A stretch of DNA of 64,000 bases from Selaginella moellendorffii (taxonomy: Eukaryota > Plantae > Lycopodiophyta). The notes below the pieces were generated by a model. The model was not told where the DNA came from and ran no database searches. It saw only the letters and a list, made by a program, of their open reading frames with translations. The position numbers and the translations under genes were made by a program. Positions within the stretch are counted from its first letter, which is position 1, and the number at the start of each line of letters is the position of its first letter. Below are positions 22,921 to 35,177 of this stretch, in pieces. The stretch spans positions 880,944 through 944,943 of the forward strand of contig NW_003314333.1 of assembly GCF_000143415.4 (NCBI RefSeq), written 5' to 3'.

Positions 22921-24145
22921 TCAATCCCATTCTTTTCGAATCTCAAACGAATAGCTCAAATCCAAGTAGCATCGCTTGTCATCGTCGAGGAACTGCAGCG
23001 CACATCGATTCGAACCAGGAGGAAAAATGAAAAAGGTAAGAACAATCTCTGGAACACGAAAATTTGAGCTTGCCTTCATCTTGGCCGAGTAATTTCCCCT
23101 CGCAAGGATCCCGCTCGGTGTCGTCTCCTCATCGATCGTGTGTGTGTACGGGTCCTGGTGCGGAGCAAAAGTTCCAAGCATTTTTCTCGTTTGATCGACT
23201 GCCGAACGGAGGTTTGAGTCAGAGCTGAAGTTCTTAAAAGTGGAAAGCGAAAAAGAATCAAGGACGTACCTCTCAGGCCATTCTTCCAGACGGTGTTCGA
23301 GTAGACGAGGCCCGAGACGAGGTTGTGGTGAACCGAGAATGTAAACTTGAGGCAGTAGCTGGTGCCTTCTTTCAAGCTGAAAGAGCTGCCCCGCGAATTT
23401 GGAACCAGCGGCAATGGAACAATCACGTCGGGTCGCCCCTCTACGATCACTGTGAGGGAACTGAGCCTGACCTCCGGCTCCAGTCGCTCTATCCCTCGCA
23501 ACAAAGAAACAGAAGAAAAAAAATACATCGACAATCTCGTCAGCTTTGATGTGCTGCATGATCATGGGCTTACCTTACCATCGAACGATTCAACAGGGAG
23601 AGAACCCAGGAGCTGTTCCTTCCAGCGTCGCAAGCTCTCATCATCCTGTGTTAGACAAAAACAAACACCACTGTTTAGAGTAAATAGTTTCCTGTACAGA
23701 CCCAACTCACTCTCGAGACAAGTGATAAGAACTAACTCTTTCCTAAACCCGCGAAAGTTTGATCACAGAGATCCATCTCTCGACAAGCTAAAGATCATGG
23801 AAAATGATTTAAAATGCTCTGACAGGAAACTTTTCCTATAATGGATGAAACATTTTGGGGAGTCTAAAATCATTCGAGATCATGGATGGGAGGAAAACAT
23901 ACCTTGTCGCGCTCGATGTGATCCCTGAGCGGTACCAGAGGCCCCAAATATCCCTCGGCAAGCTTGGAATCTTCCTCATCCGATTCGCACAGCGACACAC
24001 GGCTCAGCTGCCTCTGGAGCCCCTCTGCCCCACCTCCAGAGCATCCAGCCGTGGCGGCGGTGGCGTCAGCGGCGGCACCGGCGGCGGCGGCGACCCCATC
24101 GCTGCCTATGAATCCGTTCATCCTGCACTGGAACCGATGGATCAC
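22921..24145 (-). CDS. Rho GDP-dissociation inhibitor (RopGDI/SCN1-like), multi-exon
   Basis: LGPLVPLRDHIERDK|DDESLRRWKEQLLG...LKEGTSYCLKFTFSVHHNLVSGL...EETTPSGILARGNYSAK...FLDDDKRCYL...FEIRKEWD*. Confidence 0.95.
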
Positions 24146-24303
24146 ACCCTCACAAGCTCATTAGCCTAGCGAGCGGCGATCTGGGAGGAAATGCTGGAAT
24201 GGAGCTTCCGAAACCCCGATCGATCGATGCCTGGACGAAATATCGGTGATGGATCGAAGAATCGAAGAAGCGCTTGGTGGAAGGAATGAAAGAACCTAAA
24301 ATC

Positions 24304-24340
24304 GAGAGAGAGAGAGAGAGAGACAGACAGAGAGAGACAG
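24304..24340 (+). repeat. (GA)n/(GACA) microsatellite in the RopGDI-SWIB divergent promoter
   Basis: GAGAGAGA...GACAGA tract. Confidence 0.9.
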
Positions 24341-24455
24341 AAAGGGGTAAAAAATTTGAATTACCAGCGTGTGAGCGGGGGATCGAACTCGAGAAACTTA
24401 GCGCATTAATTTGCCCTAGTCCCAGTTAGAAAGTTTAGGTTTAAAATCCATTAGA

Positions 24456-25794
24456 ATGCGCAAGGACGAGGATGGGCGCGCCGCGATGCCGCCCGACGCA
24501 GCGATCGCCAAGCGCGTCAGGGAGATTCTCGCCAGCGCCAATCTCAGCGAGGTTTCTTCCAAAGACATTCGCAAGCAAATGGAGGAGGAGATGGGCGTGA
24601 GCTTGAGGTCCAAGAAGGCGTTTCTTCGCGAGCAGATTGAGAGTTTCGTGGCCGAGGCGGAGGATTCCGGCGAAGGCGAAGCGGAGGAGGCTGCCGATGC
24701 CGAAGCCAGTGGCGATGGAGATGGAGATTCCAGGCTCCGGGACAAGCTCAACTCCGCAATTCGAGAGAGGTAAATTTTTTTCTTCCTCATACGTTGATAA
24801 AACATGGCTTGAGAAATTCCCCTTCTTTCTCATCAGTGCTCCATCCAAAAAAACAAAGAAGAAGGGACTGACTGGACTTCAAAAGCCTTGCCAATTGTCC
24901 GATGTGCTGGAAGCTATCGTCGGCATTCCACAAGCTCCAAGGTCTCAGGTTTGTGATATCTTCACTCTGGATTGACGATGTTTCTATTTTCTTGGCTTCC
25001 AGGTTGTGAAATCTCTCTGGGCTTACATCCGCGAGCACAATCTCCAGGTGCCCGAGGACAAGAGGAAGATCAAATGCGACGAAGCGCTCAAAAAGGTTTT
25101 TAATTCCGACTACATTGACATGTTCTCCATGAACCAGAAGTTGACCAAGCATGTCATCCCTCTCGACGGTGAGCTTTGCTTTCCAAAAATCCTCTCGCTG
25201 ATGAGAACTTGCCAGAGCTGGCGTACGAAGCTGGAGCCGCGAGTAAGGGGTTTTGGAGTTGTGCTTCATCGTTTCTACTGACTGGATTTCCTTGCAGAGA
25301 GGAAGATCAAAGACGAAGAAGAAGATGAAGATGGTAAAGAAGGATTAGCCGAGAGGGCTGTAGATCGGGAAACCAGAGCTGCTAACAGACTTGCTCGGAA
25401 GCGAAAGGCAGAAGAGCGAGCCGAGAAAAAGGAAGAGGCCAGAAAAGCCAGGAAAGCTGCTGGCAAGAGCCCCAAAGTGTCTGGATTCACAGTTCCCATG
25501 AAGATCTCTCCAAAGCTTAGAGAATTCTTGGGAACGGAGGAGAGCCAACTCTCGAGGCCGGAAGTGACGAAGCAGCTGTGGGATTACATCAAAAGCAATC
25601 AGCTCCAAGTAAGTTTGAAAAATTCGGATCTCTTCTCGATGAGAAGGAACCATTCTTTTGATCAGGATCCTTCGGACAGGAGGAAGATCTTGTGCGATGA
25701 AAAGCTCGAGAAGCTGCTGGATTGCAAGTCGTTCAATGGTTTCGGTGGTCTTCCCAAGTTGCTGCAAGCTCATCTGACAAGCACTCGTAAGTAA
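24456..25794 (+). CDS. DEK-C + two SWIB/MDM2 domain protein (UAF30-like)
   Basis: N-terminal DEK-C (ILASANLSEVSSKDIRKQMEEEMGVSL), SWIB1 (VVKSLWAYIREHNLQVPEDKRKIKCDEALK), SWIB2 (SRPEVTKQLWDYIKSNQLQDPSDRRKILCDEKL). Confidence 0.92.
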
Positions 25795-25868
25795 CAAAGG
25801 AAAGAGGAGGCGATTTTGACAGCTGCTACAAACTCTTCGGTAAATTATTCTCTGTACATACAGATTTC

Positions 25869-26294
25869 TCAGTGGTGATCCGAGAAAGCGTCAGGAAACT
25901 GGCTCTGGATCCGATTTTTTATTATCCTAACAGCAAAGTTTTCTTTGAAAAGAGTAAAAAGTTTGTGCTTACCTGATGTGCTTGAAAATGTGGTCTAGAT
26001 CGGCTTTCATGGATTTGAGGAGCTTCGTGTTCTTGGCGAAATCTGGAGCTACCGCGGCGAAGCTACGCTCGGAGAATTCGTTGTAGTGCGAGAGGACCGC
26101 GTTGCTATCGCCCAGCCTGCCTAATCTGTGACGCGAGCGAGTTCAAAACCACCACTTCTTTTTCTTCGATCGATGATGATCACTTACATGAGAAGCTGGA
26201 GGCGCTTGAGCTCGTCGATGCTGCTCGGATCGAGAATGGATTGGATCTGCTCCGTCGCCTCGGACGCTGCCGCTTGGATTTGCTGCTCTTCCAT
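25869..26294 (-). CDS. KXD1: KxDL-motif protein (KXD1/BORCS4 homologue), three exons
   Basis: MEEQQIQAAASEA...LKRLQLLM|LGRLGDSNAVLSHYNEFSERSFAAVAPDFAKNTKLLKSMKADLDHIFKHIR|IIKNRIQSQFPDAFSDHH*. Not captured by the ORF track. Confidence 0.85.
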
Positions 26295-26344
26295 CGCCAA
26301 ACGCGAAGAACCCTAAATTATTTATCATTCAAACGGCTATAGGG

Positions 26345-27159
26345 ATGAGTCTTTGCGATTGGAGGTTGTGGCTTCTTCGTTGGAAGAATGGCGCCAAACC
26401 TAGGGCTTCTAGCTGCTGTGCTCCTCCGGCTTCCCTCGATCTTGGAAGGCGGCATTTGATTGCCATGGGAGTCTCCCTCGGATTGTCTGCGCAGAATGCC
26501 GTAGCGATCGAGCAGCCGAAATCTCCTCCACCGGCCCCAAAATCTTCGCAGTTCTACGAGATCCAGGGATCTGGTGGCGTCAAGGCTCTGGATATCAGGC
26601 TTGGCGCTGGAAAATGTCCCAATCCTGGAGATAAGGTAATTCTTCCTTGTTTCCTCCTTGATTTCTTTCTATCTTCGCTGCCCAGGTTGCAATCCACTAC
26701 TATGGAAGGCTCGCAGCGAAGCAAGGCTGGCGATTCGATTCAACGTATGATCACAAAGACGAGGATGGGAATCCAAAGCCATTTGTCTTCACGATCGGCT
26801 TAAACAATGTAAGGAGGAAGGAATTTTTTTTCTTTCTATTAGTGTCACATTTTTCTCTTGTGTAGGTGATAGCGGGGGCTTGGTCTCAGCAGTGAGAACA
26901 ATGAGGCCTGGAGGAATTCGTCGTGTCATCATTCCACCATCGCAAGGCTATCAAAGCACCACACAAGACCCTCTACCTCCAAATGTAAGCTTTACTCATC
27001 TTCTACCACAAACAAGCGCTCTTTCTTCACGCACAGATCTTCGACAGGCAAAGGCTCTTCACGACCATCTTTAATCCCACAAGAGTAGCAAACGGAGAAA
27101 GCTCCACGCTTGGAACGCTTGTTTTCGATGTGGAGCTCGTCAGAGTCGCAGAGGAATAG
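26345..27159 (+). CDS. FKBP17-1: Chloroplast thylakoid-lumen FKBP-type PPIase (FKBP17-1-like); apparent frameshift in a G-run at ~26874-26878
   Basis: Twin-Arg signal (GRRHL...), GGVKALDIRLG, HYYGRLAAKQGWRFDSTYDHKD, FDRQRLFTTIFNPTR..NGESSTLGTLVFDVEL. Confidence 0.88.
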
Positions 27160-27429
27160 CTCGAATCATCAAAGTTACTCAAAAGTCTGGAGAGGTATAG
27201 TAAATCGAATTCGTTTCGTTTTTTTCGTTCGTATTTCTCACTGACCAACTTCCTACATTTGCCAGCAAAACAAACTTCATTTGGTCAGCCTGGATTTCTT
27301 CAAACCAAAAATTTTCTCCCCCTCTAAAAACCGTTCGGATCTTCCCAAAACAAGGAACAACCTTATGTACTCATTTACAAGCCTCCTCCTCTCGTTGCTG
27401 TTCTTCGTCGCCATCGTCGTCTTGTCGAC

Positions 27430-29093
27430 TTATTTCACCTTGCCCAGCTCCAACTCGCAATCCTCCGACTCCGAGCCCGAGGATGATGGGCTTGCAAGGC
27501 TGCCACCGCTCAGATCCAAGAGCACATTGCACACTACTTGGTTCTTTCCGTTCACCACCGACGGGGTCGATGCCAAAGCCGTCATATGCTGCAAAACAAA
27601 CATCTCGGTAAGCAAGCTTCCAAGTTGTTTACAGTCGCTTACCTCTCGGACGAAAGAATAGATCTCTTCTTCCGTCAATGGCTCGCCGTCCGGTTTGTCT
27701 TCCCATCCGAGCGACCTCAACAGAGCAGTCTCCTCCTCCTCGCACCACCGGCCATGCTTCGCCTCGGCTGGCTTGAGTTCCTTGACAGCACCAGCGTCTC
27801 CACTCTCTTCCGTGCGAATCAGCTCCGACACAACAGTGGAGCTCTCCTCGCAGGCCTTCTTCTGTGGAGTGTCCATCGCCGTGCTCTCCTGCGGATTCCT
27901 GTTCTCGCCATTTGTCGCTGCCTTCTTCCGGATCGCGTTGTAAAAGTTACTCCGGTTCTGGCCGTGCGCAAGAGGCTTCCGGTCCTCGTGGACGTGGACG
28001 TCGCCAACTTTACCGTCACTGGCTGGCTTGCGATCCACCATGGGAGCCTGGGGAGCTCGGTTTGCAACAGGCGCCGTGGACTCTTTGCTCAGCACCTGGA
28101 GCCTTCCTGGAGTTGCTTTCAAGACGCTCAAAGCTGGCGTTGGTGTCCGGTATGGAGTAACTGGACTCGCTGGCTGGCCGGACTTCAAATCAGAGGATTT
28201 CATCGGCTTGCGAGGAAGCACCTGCAAAAGAAAAAAGAAGAGTTAAGCTCGCTCAACTTGGACAAAGAAGAAAAGAAGCTCAGCCACGTACCATTGTTTT
28301 CGGAAGAGATGGTTTCATTGGGACGAGCTGCCTTGATTGCTTCAAGGCAATCTCCTCCAGCCGCTGTGTCTGCTGCTCCATAGCCGTCTGGAATAGACCA
28401 AAGAAGGAAGAACAAGTGAGGATGGTGAACAAGTTAAACACTGCTAGAGCGAGATGGAACGTTACCTGAATCGGAGACGACGCTACATGGACGAGCGCTT
28501 CAGACATCTTGAAGGCTGGCGATGGAGCCTCGGGGATTTTCGAGCTGAAAACTTCCGGCATCTTGGAGCAAATCGCTTCCGGGGTCTTGGGAGCCATGGA
28601 GCTGTCAATGTAGTCCGTGTCACTCGAGTTCCTCGACGACACGAAACGATTGCTGCTCGCCATCCGGAGCCTCTCGGAGCTCTTGAAACCGCACCACCCA
28701 TTCTCCACATCGAGCCTAGCCACTGGCACCCTGTGAAACCCCGACGGCCCTCTATCTCCTCCTACTTGCCTGTCATGGCTTCGCCAGTCCCGGTTCCAGG
28801 CCTCGCGATCACGCTCGCGCTCGGGAAACCTCCCGCGACTAAAATTCGGGTAGAATCTCGAGTCCCTGTCCGAGATTCCATTCAAAGAATGCTGGGGGCG
28901 ATTCACAAACGAGGAGTGTCGTGATGCTATTCCAACACCACCTGGAAGAACAAAGAAAAGAAACGCGTCACCTTAAGTTCTTAAGACCAAAACGAAAGAA
29001 ACAAAAAAAAACTATACTTTACATACCATTGTTGTTGTTGTTGTTCTTCAACCATTCTGGCACCAGCGATGGTTCGCTTCCATTTCTGTCCAT
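27430..29093 (-). CDS. Conserved plant protein with N-terminal LVPEWL and C-terminal LLRSLGW...PLTEEEI motifs (vasculin/GPBP1-like)
   Basis: MDRNGSEPSLVPEWLK, RLEEIALKQSRQLVPM, RSNFYNAIRKK, EEEETALLRSLGWED...PLTEEEI; multi-exon. Confidence 0.75.
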
Positions 29094-29847
29094 CTTGAGC
29101 AAACCCATGATCGGCTGCTGCCAAACCTAAGGCGCCATTGTGCCATCTATTGAGGAAGCCACACAGCCTTTTACCCCAATCCTTCTCCTTCCCTCATCCC
29201 CGGAAAAGGCCAGGCCCAAAATCAAGAACAACAAAGACCTTCCCACACACCTCTACGAAAACGGGGACACGAATCGCCAGAGAGCCAGAAAATCCTCACT
29301 CCAATTCCTCTCTCCCTCGGATTCCCACCGGCGCTCTCGCGAATTCGGCGCCACAAACCCTACCGCTGCTGGATCGCGGGCGAGGAGGAGGAAGGGATTC
29401 GCCGCGCGATTCACCTCCGCTGAATCGCGATGCTTGCTTGCCGTTGCAATATAGGTACAAAGAAAAACACACAGCACAGCGAGCCCTAAATCCCCTTCCT
29501 CATCAACGGTTGATATTTCGCCACGCGGGCACTGGAATATGCCCCGCGCCATAAAACCCCCCCCAGAGCCCTAGTGTGTCTTGCAAGAAAATGGATTTGC
29601 AGCGCTGCTTCCGATGAATTCCTAGAATTTAGCCCGATCGATCTGATCGAAGCGTCCTTTGGATTAGCTTCGATTTAGATGATGATCGATTAAATGTGAC
29701 GTACATTCGAAATCCTTGACTGAAATTAGGGTTCTTCACCTTAGAAGGGTAAAGTTATGATCCAACGGCTACAACATGGCCACGCTGGCCAGGGAATCTC
29801 CCGTTGCATAAAACCCCTCTAGAACCCTAGAGCTCTTTCTCTAGTCC

Positions 29848-32570
29848 ATGGCTTTTGGAGCTCTTGCGCTGGTTTTGCCACCATCGTCGTGCTCCTTTGC
29901 GGATATTTGCTGCCGATCCAGCCGATTGCGCTCGTCGCCGGGGATCAGAGCGCAGGCCGTGCGCGTCAGGGCGGCGATGGAGCGAGGGTAAGGTTTTCCT
30001 CGCAATGCCGGGGAGGTTTTGTGTGACTGATCCGAGAATGCGCAGCCAGGACGGGGATCTGGCGCATTGGGAGACCGTTGTGGGGATTTTGGGAGGCGGG
30101 CAGCTCGGGCGGATGCTTTGTCAGGCTGCGTCGACGATGGGGTTGAAGGTAGCGGTTCTTGATCCGGCTGAGGATTGCCCTGCGAGCCGTCTGGCACACA
30201 AGCATCACGTCGGGAGTTTTCGAGACAGGGATGCTGTTAGAGAATTTGCAAAGAGGTACATTGCGAAAGTTTTCTCCGTGTGCTGGAACGTGTTTCTTGA
30301 TGAAGCTGTGGAGTTCTCACTGTGGAGATTGAGCACGTCGATGTCGACACTATAGATGCTCTTGCCACTGAAGGCATTGATGTGGAGCCGAGTCCACAAA
30401 CGATCAGGATAATCCAGGTCTGTTTGGTCGTTTTCTTTTTTTGTTCGTTAGAGTTGATCTTGGTCATGCCTGTTCTTTTCCAGGACAAGTATTTGCAAAA
30501 AGTTCACTTCCAAGAGCATGGAATTCCTCTTCCGGATTTCCTTGAGGTGAGCAAACTGCGCAGCCTGTTAACAATTGGCGTAACGCATCTAGTCTTTTCG
30601 CAGCTCAAGAGCATTGAAAGCGTTGAGGAAGCCACTAGCCTGTTTGGTTATCCTTTGATGGTGAAAAGCCGTCGCCTTGCGTACGATGGTCGTGGAAATG
30701 CCGTAGTCCGATCTAGAGATGACTTTGAATCAGCTGTTGCGTGTAACTAACTAGTCCCGAGGAAACTTTTTCCAGTGCTTTGACGTTCGCTTTTGAATTG
30801 CAGCGCTGGGTGGATTTGAGCACGGCCTTTATGCAGAACGTTGGGCTCCGTTTGTAAAGGTTCGATAATGTGTTTTTAATTCTCGTCATATCTTTATATC
30901 TTCTTATCTTTGGATTGATAAGCAGGAACTGGCCGTGATGGTTGCACGAAGCAGAAGTGGTGAATTGCGTTGCTATCCCGTCGTCGAGACCTCGCAAAAG
31001 TGGGTATCTTTCCTCGTTGGACTGTTGCATTGTACAACGAGGTGACACTCCATTACAGGGACAACATTTGCCATGTTGTCGAAGCACCTGCTCAGGTGTC
31101 CAACGCTGTAGCACAACGGGCTCTAGATATTGCAGGGAAGACGATCGGTTCGCTGGAAGGCGCAGGAATTTATGGTGTGGAGCTGTTTCTTCTAGCGGAC
31201 GGCCAGGTCCGATAGAACTCTCATTTTCCTTCATGTGATTATCTCCGCACACCTTTCCAGGTTCTTCTCAACGAGGTTGCTCCGCGACCACACAACAGCG
31301 GTCACTATACTATTGAAGCTTGCTACGTTTCACAGTTTGAACAGCATCTTCGGGCCGTGTTGGGCTTTCCACTTGGTGATACAGCGATGAAGGTTCCAGC
31401 AGCAATGATGTATAATCTTCTCGGAGAGGCTGAGGTATCGTGGAACACTCTTATCCTTTCCCGTCACTGGTTGGAATGTAGGGTGACGCTGGATTCAACC
31501 AAGCTTATCAAACCTTGAGAAGAGCGCTAAACGTCCCTGGTGCAAGCATTCATTGGTACAACAAAGCTGGTTTGTTTTGCCAAGTAGTTTAAGCTGTTGA
31601 AGCTATATACTCTTGGATTTATTTTTCAGAGATAAGGAGGCAGCGGAAAATGGGCCATATCACTGTTGCTGGAGACTCTGCAGCTCTTGTCAGGGCGCGC
31701 ATGAATCAAATCATTAGTTCCACTGTCAGCTCCAATTCAAGTGAGAGCGAACCAGGTTCGTGTATGTAGTCTTTCGCTCTGCATGATTTGACTTTCTCGT
31801 TTCCAGGTCCATTAGTTGGCATATACATGGGGTCTGATTCAGACTTGCGTGTCATGAAAGATGCAGCTGATGTTCTTGACTCCTTTGGTGTTGCTTATGA
31901 GGTTTGGCCGCTTTAGTTTCGTTTGTATACGATGTTTTTTTTATTCGCGTGCTTACAGATGACAATTGTGTCCGCTCACAGAACCACGGAGAGAATGAAC
32001 GCCTTTTCAAGGACCGCACATGAAAGGGGCATCAAAGTGATAATTGCTGGAGCAGGCGGCGCCGCACACTTACCTGGTAGGCCTCTAAGTTGTGAACGAC
32101 GAAAGACGTCTTGTTAATCTAAATCCCAGGCATGATCGCGAGCGCTACTCCTCTCCCCGTCATCGGTGTTCCTATCAATGTCACCTCCTTCGATGGCCTT
32201 GACGCGCTACTCTCCATAGTCCAAGTATGTTAACATCCTCTACGCCTTTTCTTTGCTGGCACCAAACCATAGCTCTTAATGCACAGATGCCAAAAGGCGT
32301 CCCAGTGGCCACAGTCGCAGTGGACAATGCGACGAATGGAGGACTTTTGGCCGTGAGGATGCTGGCATTGACGAACCCAAAGCTCTTGCAAAGGTATCGG
32401 GCAATAATCTCTAAAGCTTGGCTGTAACGTAGTGGTGGTGGTGGCGTTTTGACAGGATGATAACTTACCAGCAAGAAATGGAGGCGGCAGTGCTTGAAAA
32501 AGCGGAGAAATTGGAGAAAGAAGGCTGGAGAAACTATTACTCTCGCAAGAACAAGTCTTCTCCAAGCTAA
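29848..32570 (+). CDS. ADE2: Phosphoribosylaminoimidazole (AIR) carboxylase, PurK-PurE fusion, with transit peptide
   Basis: [87 protein letters not shown]. Confidence 0.96.
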
Positions 32571-33299
32571 AGGCGATGGCGATTGGAACTTTCTTCCACT
32601 TCTAAAGCGGTGATTCATAAAACTCCATGAACTACGCTTTGGTACGGAAGAGCGGTGGTCCCAAATGAAGTAGTGGCCCATCAGTTGGGACGTTACGCAA
32701 TGGGAGTACAATGCTGATGATTGGAGGGGCGGCACGTGACGGGCGGCTCGCTCGTCAGCGACGGCCGTGACTTGGAGATCCGAATCCGAACGAGATCCCG
32801 GCCGTCAGAGGAAACCGCCGCCGCCCGTCAGAGGTGGCCCAAAACTTATCCCATGTTTGTCAAGCCCGTCAATGATTGACGTGTCAGCTCGAGCATATGG
32901 AATGGGATTAAAAAAAAAGAAAAGGTTTTCTCCCTCGATGTAATGAGCGTATCGTGTCCAAATCCACGGCAAGCCAGGCTTTTAACTTTCCATCGATATT
33001 TGCTTTTTTCACTACAATTTTTTACTCCTGGCTTCATTTACTACTTCCCTTGAATGCAAATCTCAACCGTCCGGGGCTCAGACACGTGGGCACGAGAGCC
33101 GTCGATCTCAGCCATCGCCTCCGACTCTTTCCAGCCAGCACCGGCGGCGGCCGTCACATCACAAAGTCAACCATGGTTCTTCCGTACGACTTGATTTTTA
33201 AAGTATTTTCTTACCAATCTAATCTTTTGTATTGTGAGGTCATCTCGGGTGTCACAGCAGGACGTACATTGCTACGGAGGAGTGGCGTATTCAAACAAG

Positions 33300-33560
33300 C
33301 CAATGTCACCTCCCTGGATTACTCCTGACCCGGCAACACCTGCGCAGGTTTCCACCTTCCAGGAGGCGGTGGGGAGGTGTCACCTGGACGGTACGACATG
33401 CCCGAACGGAAGTAAGGTCTGGCTTTCAATGATATCTATTATGCAGCGTCGTGAGCAACAAATCATTTCTTAGCTACGCTTGCTTGTGATGTTCTTGGCA
33501 TTCTCGTAGAGAGAATCATCGTAGAGTACTTCACAAACCACCACCAAAGATTCAATGAAC
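33300..33560 (+). pseudogene. Possible highly decayed PIF/Harbinger transposase fragment
   Basis: FQEAVGRCHLDGT, LACDVLG and RIIVE...RF..L weakly resemble Harbinger DDE motifs; GC-rich GACGG repeats at 32720-32835. Confidence 0.25.
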
Positions 33561-35177
33561 TGTGAAGTTTTTGTCAATCGAGACTATGGCGATAACCTGT
33601 GAAGTTTCGTTAGAGATTTGTGTAGCTAAAAAGTTGTCTAGCCAAAGAATCGATTACCTGATGATGAGCGAGGCTCCAGACTCCCAAGAACAGCTCTGTC
33701 CAGCCAGTTCCGTTGCTTGTCTTGTCTCCCACTCGTTTCCCTCTTGCCGTGTTTGTCTTAACGGTGCTACAAACATCGAAAACGCTACGGGCGTTAGTAT
33801 ATGTAGAATAACCGTATAGCAGTGAGGAAGGTTTCCCAGGCAAGCACAAGCAAGTAAGTAAGCGATAGAGCAAAGCAACGTAATAGTCTACGCAATGAGT
33901 GCACAGAGCTAAGTTCTAGACGAGGCATCGCATCTTTGCTGCTCTCGCTCGCTCGAAACCTCACTCTCGATATTCGAAACTAGGCCCCTCTCATAAATGC
34001 TCTACTTCTTGTCTGCATTGACAAGGCAAAGGAAAAGCAAAGTGAAAAAGAGGATGAGCAGGAACAGCATGTAGTGGATGGAAAACTCCAAGCCAAGCCA
34101 AGCAGCAATGCCAGTGCAGTGGAAGAAAATGGAAATAGATTGATGAATGAGAGGAACTGACCTTTCCCATCCTACCTTGCACTGCCGCAGCGATAGCAGC
34201 AGAGGGAGTAAGAGTACACTGCATTCGTCCTGTCGAAACAGCGGCTCTTTCGTCCACTCGTCACCACCATCTATGTAGATAGATACAAGCCAGGAAAGAA
34301 AATCAGATCAAACGAGCACTTGCAGTAATCAAATCCAGAAAATTACTGACCTCGACAGCAGGGAAAGTGATCTCGACAAAGCAACAAGCCGTTTGTTCCT
34401 TGCGGCGGAGCAAGGGAAGAAGTCTGCAAATCTGCAAAGCACGACAGGGATTTGAGGAGCTCCGACGGGGTCAGTTCAGGTGTGGCCCAATGATAATGTA
34501 ATCTAAAGCAAAACAAGGAAGAAAAGCACACACTTATCACAGAAAAAGATCGAAGAAAACCCGGACGAACAAGAAACCGTCCAAAGCAAAAGCCAGCCGT
34601 CCTCACCTGGCTCGTCCTCAATTCTTATATCCTGCTTCGCCTGCGGCCAGAGGACAAACTTCGTCAATCTTTTGGTGTCGCCCATCATTACAACACTACC
34701 ATCCCAGGCTTGAAACAAATGCACAAGTAGACATTCAAGACAAATTTCAATGGCAATCTCAATCCAACCAGATCACCCACAACTTACAACACGGACCGCC
34801 ACCACGCTGCCCCAAGTCAAGCCTGTATAGAACGCGACAACAATTCCCATTTGCCATACAAAGAGCTGTAAATTTGTAGACGACACTTACACTGAGCTTT
34901 CTGGAGCCTCCCCAATACCTCCCACAAACAACACTTTCGAAAGCTCTTCTCTTCTTTGCAGCACAGTTTTTTTTTCTCTACAGCTTAAAGACACCACCAC
35001 CACTCTCCCTACAACAACAGCACAGCACGAAATTCCGGAACAGCTCAGTAACGAGGCGTTTAAAATCAAAACATACCAACGAAAAATTCCATCCCTCATG
35101 AGGCTAGTTCGTGTTGGCGCACTCTCGAAACTCAACTCGGACCCCACCGATATAAAAACTCTTCTCGGCCCGGGGAC

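Noticed and set aside
33700-34500. Conserved plant miRNA hairpin
   Set aside because: No match to conserved miRNA families that I can recall and no convincing long stem found by eye.
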